A program made the translations under genes and the position numbers. Of a stretch of 64,000 bases of DNA, positions 51,180-63,073 are shown piece after piece. Under the pieces are notes generated by a model. It searched no databases. It had not been told where the DNA came from and worked only from the letters and a program-made list of their open reading frames with translations. How positions within the stretch are numbered: position 1 is the stretch's first letter; each line of letters begins with the position of its first letter. Location of the stretch: the NCBI GenBank assembly GCA_030390025.1, contig CM059432.1, forward strand, positions 80,416,001 through 80,480,000. Direction: 5' to 3'. This DNA is from Squalus acanthias (lineage: Eukaryota).

Positions 51180-53520
51180 AACTGGTGATCATAGCATGGT
51201 TGAATTTCAAATTCAGTTGGAGGGTGAGAAAGTTGTATCCCAAACCAGTGTCCTGATCTTAAACAAAGGCAATTATAATGGCATGAGGGCAGAACTGGCT
51301 AAAGTGGACTGGAAAAACAAATTAAAGGGTAAGAAAGTTGAAATGCAGTGGCAGACATTTAAGGAGATATTTCATAACTCTCAACAAAAATATATTCCAG
51401 TGAGAAAGAAAGATTTTAAGAGAAGGGGGCACCATCCGTGGCTAACTAAGGAAGTAAAGGATGGTATCAAATTGAAAACAAAGGCATACAATGTTGCCAA
51501 GACTGGTGGGAGACCAGAAGATTGGGAAATTTTTAAAAAGCAGCAAAGGATGACTAAAAAAATAATAGAGAGAGAAGATGAATTATGAGAGTAAGCTGGC
51601 AAGAAACATTAAAACAGATAGTAAGAGCTTCTATAGGTATATAAAAAGTAAACGTTGGTCCCTTAGAGGATGAGACTGGGGAATTAATAATGGGGAACAG
51701 GGAAATGGCAGAGACTCTGAACAAATATTTTGCATCTGTCTTCACTGTAGAAGACACTAACAACATCCCAATAATGGATAATCAAGGGGCCACAGGGAGT
51801 GGGGAACTAAAGACAATCACCATCACTAAGGAAATAGTACTCGGTAAAATAATGGGACAAAAAGACGACAAGTCCCCTGGACCAGATGGCCTGCATCCCA
51901 GGGTCTTAAAAGAAGTGGCTGCAGCGATAGTGGATGCATTGGTTGCAATATACCAAAATTCCCATGACTCTGGAGAGGTCCCAGCGGATTGGAAAACCGC
52001 TAATGTAACACCCCTATTAAAGAAAGGAGGGAGACAGAAAGCAGGAAACTATAGACCAGTTAGCCTAACATCTGTCATTGGGAAAATGCTGGAGTCCTTC
52101 ATTAAGGAAGCAGTAGCAGGGCATTTAGAAAAACATACTGCAGTCAAACAGAGTCAGCATGGTTTTAGGAAAGGGAAATCATGTTTAACAAATTTGTTGG
52201 AGTTCTTTGAGGATGTAACGAGCAGGGTGGACAAGGGTAAGCCAGTGGATGTGGTGTATTTGGATTTCCAGAAGGCATTCGATAAGGTGCCACATAAAAG
52301 GTTACTGCATAAGATAAGAGCTCACGGAGTTGGGGGTAATATATTAGCATGGATAGAGAATTGGCTAACTAACAGAAAGCAGAGAGTCAGGATAAATGGA
52401 TCATTTTCTGATTGGCAAACGGTAACTAGTGGGATGCCACAAGGATCGGTGCTGGGGCCCCAAGTATTTACAATCTACATTAATGACTTGGATGAAGGGA
52501 TCGAGTGTAATGTAGCCAAGTTTGCAGATGATACAAAGATGGGTGGGAAAGCAAGTTGTGCAGAGGACTCAAAGAATCTGCAAAGGGATATAGACAGGCT
52601 AGGTGAGTGGGCAAACATTTGGCAGATGGAGCATAATGTGGGAAAGTGCAAGGTTATCCACTTTGGCAGGAAAAATAAAAAAGCAAACTATTATTTAAAT
52701 GGAGAGAGATTACAAAATGCTACAGTTCAGAGGGACCTGGGAATTTTGGTATATTGCAACCAATGCATCCACTATCTCTGCAGCCACTTCTTTTAAGACC
52801 CTGGGGGTCCTTGTGCATGAAACACAAAAAGTTAGCATGCAGGTACAGCAAGTAATCAAAAAGGCAAATAGAATGTTGGCCTTTATTTCAAGGGGGTTGG
52901 AGTATAAAAGCAGGGAAGTCCTGCTACAACTGTACAAGGTATTGGTGAGACCACACCTTGAGTACTGCGTACAGTTTTGGTCTCCTTATTTAAGGAAGGA
53001 TATACTTGCATTGGAGGCAGTTCAGAGACGATTCACTAGGTTAATTCCAGAGATGAGGGGTTTGACTTATGAGGAAAGGTTGAGCAGGCTGGGCCTATAC
53101 TCATTGGAATTTAGAAGAATGAGAGGTGATCTTATCGAAACATATAAGATACTGAGGGGGCTCGACAGGGTAGATGCAGAGAGAATGTTTCCCCTTATGG
53201 GGAAATCTACAACTCGGGGGCACAGTCTCCAAATAAAGGGTCGCCCTTTTAGAACTGAGATGAGGTGGAACGTCTTCTCTCAGAGGGTCGTAAATTTTTG
53301 GAATTCTCTGCCCCAGAGAGCTGTGGAGGCTGGGTCATTAAATACATTTAAAGTGGAGTTAGACAAATTTTTGCAAGATAAGGGAGTGAAGGGTTATGGG
53401 GAGCGGGCTGGGAAGTGGCTTTGAGCTCAAGATCAGCCATGATCTTATTGAATGGCGGAGCAGGCTCGAGGGGCCAAGTGGCCTATTGCTGCTCCTATTT
53501 CTTATGTTCTTATGTTCTTA
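51180..53520 (+). mobile_element. CR1 LINE (family D), young, with internal inverted insertion
   Basis: ORFs of 140, 368 and 241 aa covering RT; (TTCTTATG)n tail. Confidence 0.93.
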
Positions 53521-53603
53521 TTAGCACACGTTAGTCATTCTATCCAATAGTTGGTGTTATAAAGATTATTGGCAAAGTATATAAAGAGTTATTGCAAACG
53601 ATT

Positions 53604-54200
53604 GGGGTGAATTTTAACCCCTAAAAATGGGTGGGTTGGGGTTGGGTGAGTTGTAAAACTTTTATAAAATCTGAAGCATGACCCCAACCCGCTCCAATCC
53701 ATCCCACTTCTGGTTTTGACGGGGGCGTGCAGCCAACCCACTCCTAGGAGGTGGGCTGGCCCTTTAAATATTATAATGAGGCTGGGAGCCTCACATTTAA
53801 CTTCCCTTACAGGTTTAATCCTGGCTGGCCAGGGTTCCCAGGCCTCGGGAAACCCGGCAGCTCAAGGGAGGTGAGGATAGCTTCGGGGAAAAGGTAAGTG
53901 CCCTTACAGCACTGCTTGTGGACCAGGAAGAGCAGGAGTGCTTCCTCCCAGCCCACCAAGCTTACCTGCTTCCCTAGGATCGGAAGCCCCCCCACTCAAT
54001 CAGACACACCCCCTACTCGAATTCAGAGATCGGTCTCCCCGCCGCGCCCCCCCCCCCGCCCCAACCACACTCCAAGTAGCAGCTGCAGACTCCTTACCCG
54101 CGGCTGTGGCCTGCTCCAGAATGCTTCCCCCGCCCGACTGGAAGCCAAGCCTGTTGATCAGGCAGACTGAAAAGACAAAATGGAAGCATGAGCAGTGCAC
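53604..54200. mobile_element. MITE-like Harbinger-type end
   Basis: Starts GGGGTGAATTTT; reverse homology to 32300-33535. Confidence 0.6.
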
Positions 54201-54399
54201 AATAGCCTGAGTGCTTTTATAAAACAAGAGCTGCTAGGGAGGCATGTCCCCTTCAGTTGGGTCCTTGCTGCATCCCCTAGGAACTAATGGTTTCTGCAAC
54301 GTTTTGGTATTGTTGGACAAAAGACGTTATGAAAGCCTGTTGCTGCCTTCCTGTTAGGAGGCTCAGAGCAGGCGTACCAGACAGATGAAATTGCACCGT

Positions 54400-54600
54400 A
54401 GACACGCCATTATTCTGACACTTTTTCATATAGGTTCAGGGTTTCTTAGCTGGACCTGTCTGAAGAAACCTGCCAGTGCATACGAAGATTCTAAAAGGAA
54501 GCCATCACCAAATTTTGCACACTCCTGCAGCCAGTCTTGAAGGCCAACTCCAGGGCAGGGACGGCTCTGTCAGTAGCTATCAAAGTTGTAAGCAACAAAA
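54400..54600 (+). pseudogene. Harbinger transposase N-terminal remnant
   Basis: FRVS*LDLSEETCQCIRRF*KEAITKFCTLLQPVLKANSRAGTALSVAIKV, paralleling 9400-9540. Confidence 0.7.
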
Positions 54601-55776
54601 AGCTAAAGATGCTAGTCTTGACCTTGGGGAAGGCTTATGAATTCACCCTCCTCCACACTCTCTATTGTCTCCACACCCTTCATCTCAACGGCCCTCTCCT
54701 CATAAGAAGTCAAGACCCTTGCAAATGCTTTCTTCTCCCACAACCAGATATAAAAAAGGATAGCAAGAGAGAAGATGCCTTTGACCAAAGTGCCCAAGCT
54801 AACCTTCACCTTATTTGAGTGTGTGAACATGCAGCTGTAAGGAACCTGGTGCTGGCATAGTACTTGTTGCTGGTATTTGATACATTTAATGGCCAACACC
54901 GACAGCACTTTGCCATGGCAACCTGACACAGTGAAACAGAAGAAAATGAGCATGGCTGTGCATTTACAAAGATCCAGCAGTTAGCAACATTCCCTGCAAT
55001 CTCCCTCTGTGATGGTATAGAAAATCAGCCTCCTGGGGCACAGACACACCCCGCACCTGATGCATAGCCACTGTGTCAGTACTGCATTGTTAGCCCTGAA
55101 ATGTGACTTGAGTTACTTTAAAATAATGTTAAACTTAGCCGTTTTTATCCCCTCTCTTCTTAACAAGAATCCTTTTGAAGTTACAGTGCATGAAGTGTTT
55201 GATACAGTTAGGTACCTGTTACTGTGAAATAAATGTACTTGCGGAAACACACAATACTTATTAAGGGGTGCCCTTTAATTCAGAGAGTTTATAACTGGCT
55301 GAAGTTCACTAGACAGGAAGTGGAACACATTTCTGAAGTCAGAATAAACAGAACAAATTATTCAGGGCAGCTGCCAGACCTTTATAATAACGCTTAGATG
55401 GAGTCCCAAGCTTTGTTGTGGCACGGATAGTCTTTAAAAAAAACATAAACATCTGGTCCTGGGTGAAGCAGCTGAAATACAAAAGGGAAAAGCTTGAGAT
55501 TTTCTTCCAGGAGGAAATGTTTAGCTTATTGCTTGGCCTTGTGAGGAAACAGGTTGGTTATTTTTAGACTTAACAAAGGATCAAAGAATAGTTATAGTTC
55601 ATGTGTGGGGTTAAACAAGGGGGGGAAAGTAGTTACTGCAATGAGCATAATCAGTTGTGTTAAGAAAAAAAAGGCTTGCCATGTAGCCAGGCTATGATTG
55701 TTACTGCTATTCCTACAATTGCTGGAATTGTCATAGTATTACATACATGTCATATATGGTTTTATGACATGTTGAT

Positions 55777-56385
55777 GTCAGCTTGGTTTAGTTGCTAGAG
55801 CTCTCATCCCTGATTGAGAAAGTCTTGGGTTCAAGTCCTACTCCAAGACTTGAGCACATAATCTAGGCTGTCACTACTGAGACGGCTGCATTGTTGGAGG
55901 TGCCATCTTTCAGATAAAACATTAAACCGAGGTCCCATCTGCTCTCTTAGGTGAATGCAAAAGATTCCATGGTACTATTTGAAGAAGAGCAGAGGAGTTC
56001 TTTTGGTCTCCTGGCCAACATTTATCCCTCAACCAACAGCACCAAAAAGAGATGAACTGGTCATCAATCTCATTGCTGTTTGTGGGACCTTGCTGTGTGC
56101 ATGTTGCTGCCGCTTTGCCTACACGCACACACACAGAGTGACTTTACTTCAAAAGTAATTGATCGGCTGTGAAGTATTTTGGGAGGAACGTCCTAAAGAC
56201 GTGAACGTTACAAAGCAAATGTAAGTTCTTTCTGCTCTTTATTTGCTGTTTGTGGGACCTTGTTGTGCCCAGTTGGATGCCACATTTGCCTGCATTACAA
56301 TGACTGCAGTGCAAAAGTAATTTATTGGTTATGAAATGCTTCAAGATGTCCTCAGGATGCAATAGGATACTATATAAGTGCAAGC
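55777..56385 (+). mobile_element. DeuSINE (SacSINE1-like) with duplicated 3' tail
   Basis: tRNA head (GGTTCAAGTCC), Deu-like core, L2-like tail present twice. Confidence 0.75.
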
Positions 56386-56779
56386 ACCATATTATTACAC
56401 ACCTATACTATACACACATCACAGGATATCACACTTACATCATACATATCGAACAGTATTATACACATCACGTATTGCACACTTATACCATGTATTACAT
56501 CACAGTATTACACATCATGTATTACCATTTAATTTTTCTGAAATCTTGTCACCTTAATTATATTTTTCAGGCAACTTACCAAGATCTGATACCACAGATG
56601 GGATGTCACCCAACACATGACTTTGTGAATTGTTTTTGGACTTAATGTTGCACCAATGCGGCACAGGGTTAACTACATTCCTGTGTACGTTAGTGCTACA
56701 TTGGTGTGTGTGTATTTATATGTATGCTGTATAAAAGGGTTAGCAACTGCAACCCAAGCAGCAGTTAAGACTATCCAGC

Positions 56780-58872
56780 ATAAAAGCAGAAAATGCTGGA
56801 AATACTCAGCAAGTTAGGTAGCATCAGTGGAGAAAGGAACAGAGTTAATGGCCGCGATTTCCCCAACCTCGGGGGGTCTGGTGCGGCCGATGTCGATGGC
56901 GGGTCCCGACCCCACTGCTGGCTCCAGGCCGCTGTGTAGAATGATTTTACGTTGATTGGGCATGTTAATCCCGCTCAGCACGTTTGCCGGCCAATTGAAG
57001 GAAGTGGGTCTGATGACATCATTTGATGACGTGTCATCAGCCGGTTTCCTTAAAGGGACCATGCGCAAATTGATTTTGACAGCTCTGCTGTCAGTGTTCT
57101 ACAGCATTGAGGTGGTGCAAACACTGACCAGCACTGCACAGAGGTGCACGGCTGCACCCAGGCTCTCCCATGACTCCCCCCATATGCTTATGGAGGGAGT
57201 CACAGCACGCAGGGAGGTTCTCTTCCCTTCTAATGGGCGGAAGAGACCTCCCCAGGAGACCAACGCAGCCTGGTTGCACATTGCACAAGAGGACACAAGC
57301 AGGGATGTTGTCAGGAGGACAAGGCTGCAGTGGCGCAAACCTTTCAATGATCTCAGTAGATCACGAAACGTTACTGCAAAGCCACACTCAACTTCATCCT
57401 GCTGTGCACTCATCACATCCTCACCACTCTGCCTTCCCTACCCTACTCCTGTACATCCTTACTCACACAAACGTACCTTGCACCTCCACCCATCCCTCTC
57501 TATCTACATTATTTTTTCCCCATCTCACTAGCCACCCCTCACACTCACCCTCATCCTAGTCCAATCATACCAACTAACAACACACAAGGGTAGGTGCTTG
57601 GGTGTTTTACCCAATGTTCATGTGAAGTTTCTGTTCATGTGGTGTCAAGCATTGAAACCTTTATTTTCAACATTTTGCATTCTTGAACAGATTTGTGTGC
57701 ACCTTTGGAAGTGGCTTAGTGAGTTGCAGTGAATGGTGAAACATAACAGTACCCCCTGCAATGGTGATGAGTGTGAAAGGAATGGCTTGGGCATTGTAGG
57801 GATGCTTTATGGTGTTGGTGTGGAGTGGTGCCAACCTGCCACATTATATGGCAGCCAGGGTGTACAGCGTCAAGTGAAGTAAACCTGGCCATGGTTAGGC
57901 CATCCCTGGCCTCCCAGGCAACAATGTGGTCGGGTGCTGATGTCATGTTTTGTCCTGTGCAGCATCAGGTGATTGCGGAGAAGGTTGGTGGTATTGTTGT
58001 TGGTGGTGCTGCTGGTGTTGGGGCTGATCGTGGTGGGATTCTGAGGACCAAGTTGAGATAATTTCAAGGGCACCGATGCTGAATTAATAGATGGCAGGTG
58101 AACTTGAGATGACAGAAGCGATCTGTCAGTGGTGAGAGAGGTTGTTCCAATGAGGTGACACTGGATAGAGAGTTTGCTCCAAACACTTGCAATCTGCATA
58201 AAGCTCAATCTGTCTACCAAATGCAGTGAGCAACAACTTCTGAGCTTGGAAAGTGAACAGCTGTGAGATAGGAGCTTTTATAGCACATTTGCAGCTGTCA
58301 AGTAATGAGATGATCCCATGGTCATACAACTCCCGATCTGCTTACCTGACGTGATCCCCGAGCAGCGTGGACCCCGTGGGTGACCTTGTAAAATGGTAAG
58401 GTGAGCTCAAAATACTTTTTAATGGGCTGTTAACAAGGTCATAATGACCTGAATTGCCTCCCCTGCCGCTGCGTGTCGGGTCTGTTCAGCCCTGACATAC
58501 CCGACATCTGGGAAAGTCGCATGTCGCCGTGTTGACAGTGGGTTCCCGACCCGCTGTCAAATTTTTTTTCCCACCCAACCCACCAAAAATTCCCCCTAAT
58601 GTTTCAGGTTGATAGCCTTTCGTCAGAAATGAAAAAAGTTAGAAATGTCCTAGTTTTTAAGCTAGTACAGAGCCAGGGAAAGGGGGGGATGTGAGGAAAG
58701 AACAAAAGGGAAGGTCTGAGATGGGTGGAAGGCAGGAGTGATTAAATGACAAAAGGGATATAGCGCAAGGCCAGAGAGAGTGGTACAAAAGCACAATACT
58801 GCGGATGCTGGAAATCTGAAATAAAAACAGAAAATGCTGGAAATACTCAGCAGGTCAGGCAGCATCTGTGGA
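56780..58872 (-). mobile_element. Penelope-like terminal region split by a Harbinger element
   Basis: ...cagagtTAAT | gtttcagg... reconstitutes the 18410-18430 sequence; second terminal repeat at 58785-58872. Confidence 0.65.
56850..58596 (+). mobile_element. Internally deleted PIF/Harbinger transposon: Myb/SANT remnant (+) and putative transposase ends (-)
   Basis: TAAT flanks both ends. ORF 56956..57531 has APRLSHDS..MLMEGVTARREVLFP...AAWLHIAQE.TSRDVVRRTRLQWRKPFNDL (Myb/SANT-like). Minus strand has AWEARDGLTMARF. Confidence 0.8.
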
Positions 58873-59257
58873 TTTAAATTTAAATTGTACTGTAATAAAA
58901 TGTTTGGAAACCTGAGAACAGTTAATAAAGTAATTATAATTCAATATTAATAATATTCTTGAAGTGAATGTATGAGGGGAAAGAAAAGCTTTTATTTTCA
59001 TCCTCCCCAACAGCTGGTGGTTAAAGGTTATGGAATTTGTTTGCTAAACTGGATTGAAGTGTCATGGTGAATTGCACACTGAGATAAGGAAAATGCAATT
59101 GTGACTATACAGTGTGCACCCAGAAAAATCCAATTTTCTGCTTTCCTATGTAAATGAGAAAGAAAAGATGAAATGGAGCAAGCTCTTCACTATTTCTCAA
59201 TTTGCTCTTTTTAAATGTAACTTAAAAGGCATGGTAAGTTGTTAATTATACATTCTA

Positions 59258-59408
59258 GAGGTCAATTTCTACGAGATTCTCCAGGTGGTCCGCTGTAACT
59301 TCGGCAAAATGGTACAAATGGCCTCTACATGATTTTCCTTGGATTTCCCTGGCTTTTCTGCTGAAGTTAAGGCAGAGCAGCGAGAGAATCTCCCTGCGAA
59401 TTCACCCA
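59258..59408. mobile_element. Short foldback MITE upstream of exon 7
   Basis: Imperfect inverted arms GAGATTCTC...TAACTTCGGCA / TGCTGAAGTTA...GAGAATCTC. Confidence 0.55.
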
Positions 59409-59568
59409 CTTTAAGTTTTATTTATAAGCAAAAGATATATGATTTGGTAAATATTGGAGGAGATATATTTGTTTTTAAGATGTAACCATTACTGAAGAAG
59501 TACACTTTTCAGTAGCCTCTTAGAGTTGCCGAGAATCATTATTATTTTACTTTCGTGTTTTTTTTTAG

Positions 59569-59702
59569 GGTTCCAACTTAACAGATTCATGCACTGAAAT
59601 GCTGATGCAAGGGATTTTACTGAAAATTTCAGCTGGGAACATCCAGGAACGAGTTTTCTTCCTCTTTGATAACTTGCTGGTCTACTGCAAAAAGAAGCAT
59701 AG
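59569..59702 (+). CDS. PREX2: PREX2 coding exon (exon 7 equivalent), PH domain start: [44 protein letters not shown](R)
   Basis: tttttag|GGT...AG|gtgggt, 134 nt. [17 protein letters not shown] motif, in frame with the previous exon across a 19.8-kb intron. Confidence 0.95.
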
Positions 59703-59988
59703 GTGGGTGTTGTTGCTTCAGTATTTATGATCTGGAAATGCTTTGAAGTGAAATATGTGTCATATGGCGTACGTAATTTAAGAATGGCTGTCCTGTGAGA
59801 ACGATTCACTAGTCTTTGATTGGGTTACTGGAAGAAATGGTTCACAGTTGTGGAATACCTTGCTGAAAGCAGCCCAAAGGTAAGACCCAAAGGGGGCTGG
59901 TGCAGGCAGTGGGGGTGGGAGCAGCAATCACAGCGTATGTGGAGTCAGGGGAGTATTTCTATTCCTCCTGGATTCACAGAAAGAGTTT

Positions 59989-60680
59989 CATAGAATCATG
60001 GAAATTTACAGCACAGAAGGAGGCCATTCGGCCCATTGTGTCTGTGCCAACCGAAAAAGAGCTATCCAGCCTAATCCCACTTTCCAGCTCTTGGTCTGTA
60101 GCCCTGTATGGAGCCATTCTTAAATGATATATGCCATGTGAAGCATGTTTCACTTCAAGTGCATATCCATATACTTCTTAAATGTGATGAGGGATTCTGC
60201 CTCTACCACCCTTTCAGGCAGTGAGTTCCAGACCCTCACCACCATCTGGGTGAAAAAAAAATATATTTTTAAAATCCTAAACTTAGACAGCGGCCACTTT
60301 AGAATCCTGAGCGGGGCAGGCCCGATTCTGCCCTGCTCATCACAATCGAATTTACGTGAACTTTAAAAGCTATTATGGATTCTGCTTCCACCAGTGCTTT
60401 TGGTCGGGCATTTCATTTTCCTGACAACCTGAGGCGTTAAAATTTTTTTTCAAATATTTCCCTTAATTTTTTTTGGTAAAGATCTTAAATTTATGCCCAC
60501 CAGTTACCAACTCACCGATCAGTGAGTTCTCCATTTACCTTATTGAAACCCCTTATAATTTTGAACAGCTTTGTTAGATTGCCTCCTTTTGATGGAAGCA
60601 GTCCTAGTTTCGCTCGTCACTCTTTACAACCAAAGCATCATCTTAGTGAATTTCTGCTATACCTTATCCGTGCCTTGACA
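59989..60680 (-). mobile_element. CR1 3' tail fragments
   Basis: CATAGAATCAT tail and CR1 3' UTR homologous to 39929-40150. Confidence 0.75.
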
Positions 60681-60683
60681 AAT

Positions 60684-62910
60684 ACAACAACTTGTATTTA
60701 TATAGCACTTTTAACATAGTAAAACCTCCCAAGGCGCTTCACAAGAGCGTTATAAAACAAAATTTGACACCAAGCCACATAAGGAGATATTAGGGCAGGT
60801 GACCAAAAGCTTGGTCAAAAGTTTTAAGGAGTGTCTTAAAGAGGAAAGAGAGGTAGAAAGGCGGAGAGGTTTAGGGAGGGAATTCCAGAGCTTAAGGCTT
60901 TGGCAGCTGAAGGCATGGCCACCAATGGTGGAATGATTAAAATCAGGGGATGCTCAAGAGGCCAGAGTTAGAGAAACCCAGATATCTTGGGGGGGTTGTG
61001 GGACTGGAGGAGATTACAGAGATAGGGAGGAGCGAGGCCATGGAGGGATTTGAAAGCAAGGATGAGAATTTTTAAATTGAGGCGTTACTTAACTGGGAGC
61101 CAATGTAGGTCAGCGAGCACAGGGGTGATGGGTGAACGAGACTTGGTGTGAGTTAGGACATGGGCAGCAGAGTTTGGATGACCTCACGTTTACGGAGGGT
61201 AGAACGTGTGAGGCCGACTAAGAGTGCGTTGGAATAGTCAAGTCTAGAGGTAACAAAGGCATGGATGAGGGTTTCAGCAGCAGATGAGATGAGGCGTCGG
61301 GCGATGTTCCGGAGGTGGAAATAGGTGGTCTTAGTGATGGCGCAGGTTATGTGGTCAGAAACTCATTTCAGGGTCAAATATGGCACCAAGGTTGCGAACA
61401 GTCTGGTTCAGCCTCAGAGAGTTGACAGGGAGAGGGATGGAGTTGTTGGCTTGGGCACAGAGTTTGTGGTGGGGGCCGAAGACAATAGCTTCGGTCTTCC
61501 CAATATTTATTTGGAGGATATTTCTGCTGACAAGCAGTCTGACAATTCAGATACAGTGGAGGGATCGAGAAAGCTGGTGGTGAGGTAGAGCTGGGTGTGG
61601 TCAGTGTACATGTGGAAACTGACGCTGTGCTTTTGGATGATGTCGCTGAGGGGCAGCATGTAGATAAGAAATAGGAGGGGGTTAGGGATAGATCCTTGGG
61701 GGACACCAGAGGTAACAATGCAGAAGCGGGAAGAGAAGCCACTGCAGGTGATTCTCTGGCTACGATTAGATAGATAAGAATGGAACCAGGCGAGTAAAGT
61801 CTCACCCAGCTGGACGACGGTGGAGAGGTGTTGGAGGAGGATGGTGTAGCCAACCGTGTCAAAGGCTGCAGACAGGTCAAGAAGGACGAGGAGGGATAGT
61901 TTACCTTTGTCACAGTCACATAGGATGTCATTCGTGACTTTGATAAGGGCTGTTTCACTACTGTGGCAGGAGCGGAAACCTGATCGGAGGGATTCAAACA
62001 TGGAGTTCCGGGAAAGATGGGCACAGATCTAGGAGGCAACAACATGTTTAAGGACTTTGAAGAGGAAAGGGAGGTTGGAGATGGGGTGGTAGTTTGCAAG
62101 GGCGGAGGAGTCAAGGGTTGAGGAGAAGGGTGATGACGGCAGATTTTAAGGAGAGGGGACAGTACCTGAGGAGAGAGAATCATTAACAATATCAGCTAAC
62201 ATGGGAACCAGGAAAGGAAGTTGGGTGGTCAGCAGTTTAGTGGAAATAGGTTGAGGGAGCAGGAATTGGGCCTCATGGTTGGAGATGAGCTTGGAGAGGA
62301 CATGGAGGAGATCGGAGAGAAGCTGGAGAAAGATGCGAGTTCAGGGCTAGGGCAGGGGGGACCATAGAGGAAGTTTGGCCCGGTGGGCTAAGGGAAGGGA
62401 GGGAAGTGGCAGAGGCAGCTGATCGAATGGTCTCAATCTTAGTGACAAAGAAGTCCATGAGCTCCTCACACTTGTTGGAGGTGAGGGTGGAGGAGACAGG
62501 GGAGAGGGGTTTAAGAAGACGGTTAGCAGTAGAGAATAGGAGTCGGGGTCTATCTTTGCATTCCAGAATGATTCTGGAATAGTGAGCAATTTTGGCAGAC
62601 AAGAGCAGGGCCCAATAGGGCTTTATGTGGTCCAGCCAGATGTGGCAGTGAATGGCTAAACCAGTTGGCCACCATATCCATTCAAGTCTGCGTCCCTTGG
62701 ACTTAAGGGAGCAGAGATGGGGACCGTACCCGGGGAACGGCCAGTGTGAGAGAGAGTAATTGTTTTAATAGTGACTAGGGCATCAAAGGTGGAGGTGAGG
62801 GTGTGGTTGAGATGATTGGTAGCTGCTGAAATGTCGTGGTGAATGAAGGGCCAAAGGCTGGACAGTTGGGATTTTGAAAGTGCAGTTGTAAGTGAATTGG
62901 GAGAGCGTCT
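60684..62910 (-). mobile_element. L2 LINE, 5'-truncated
   Basis: SGFRSCHSSETAL, LLDLSAAFDTV, GVPQGS; homologous to 34792-37080. Confidence 0.92.
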
Positions 62911-63073
62911 TTGACATCCTTTTGTAAAGTAGGGTTTCCAAAACTAGATACAGTCAGATTTCCTAAGATGCATCATCTTCCTGTCTAGTTTGAAGTTTTG
63001 CTCATCTTGTATCACACGTTGAATCTTTATGGTATCAAATTAACTATGACTATAGCAGGAAAATAAAAATATT

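Noticed and set aside
51166..53424. Active or domesticated reverse transcriptase gene
   Set aside because: It is 5'-truncated, deleted and frameshifted; all RT ORFs in the window are fragments of dead LINE copies.
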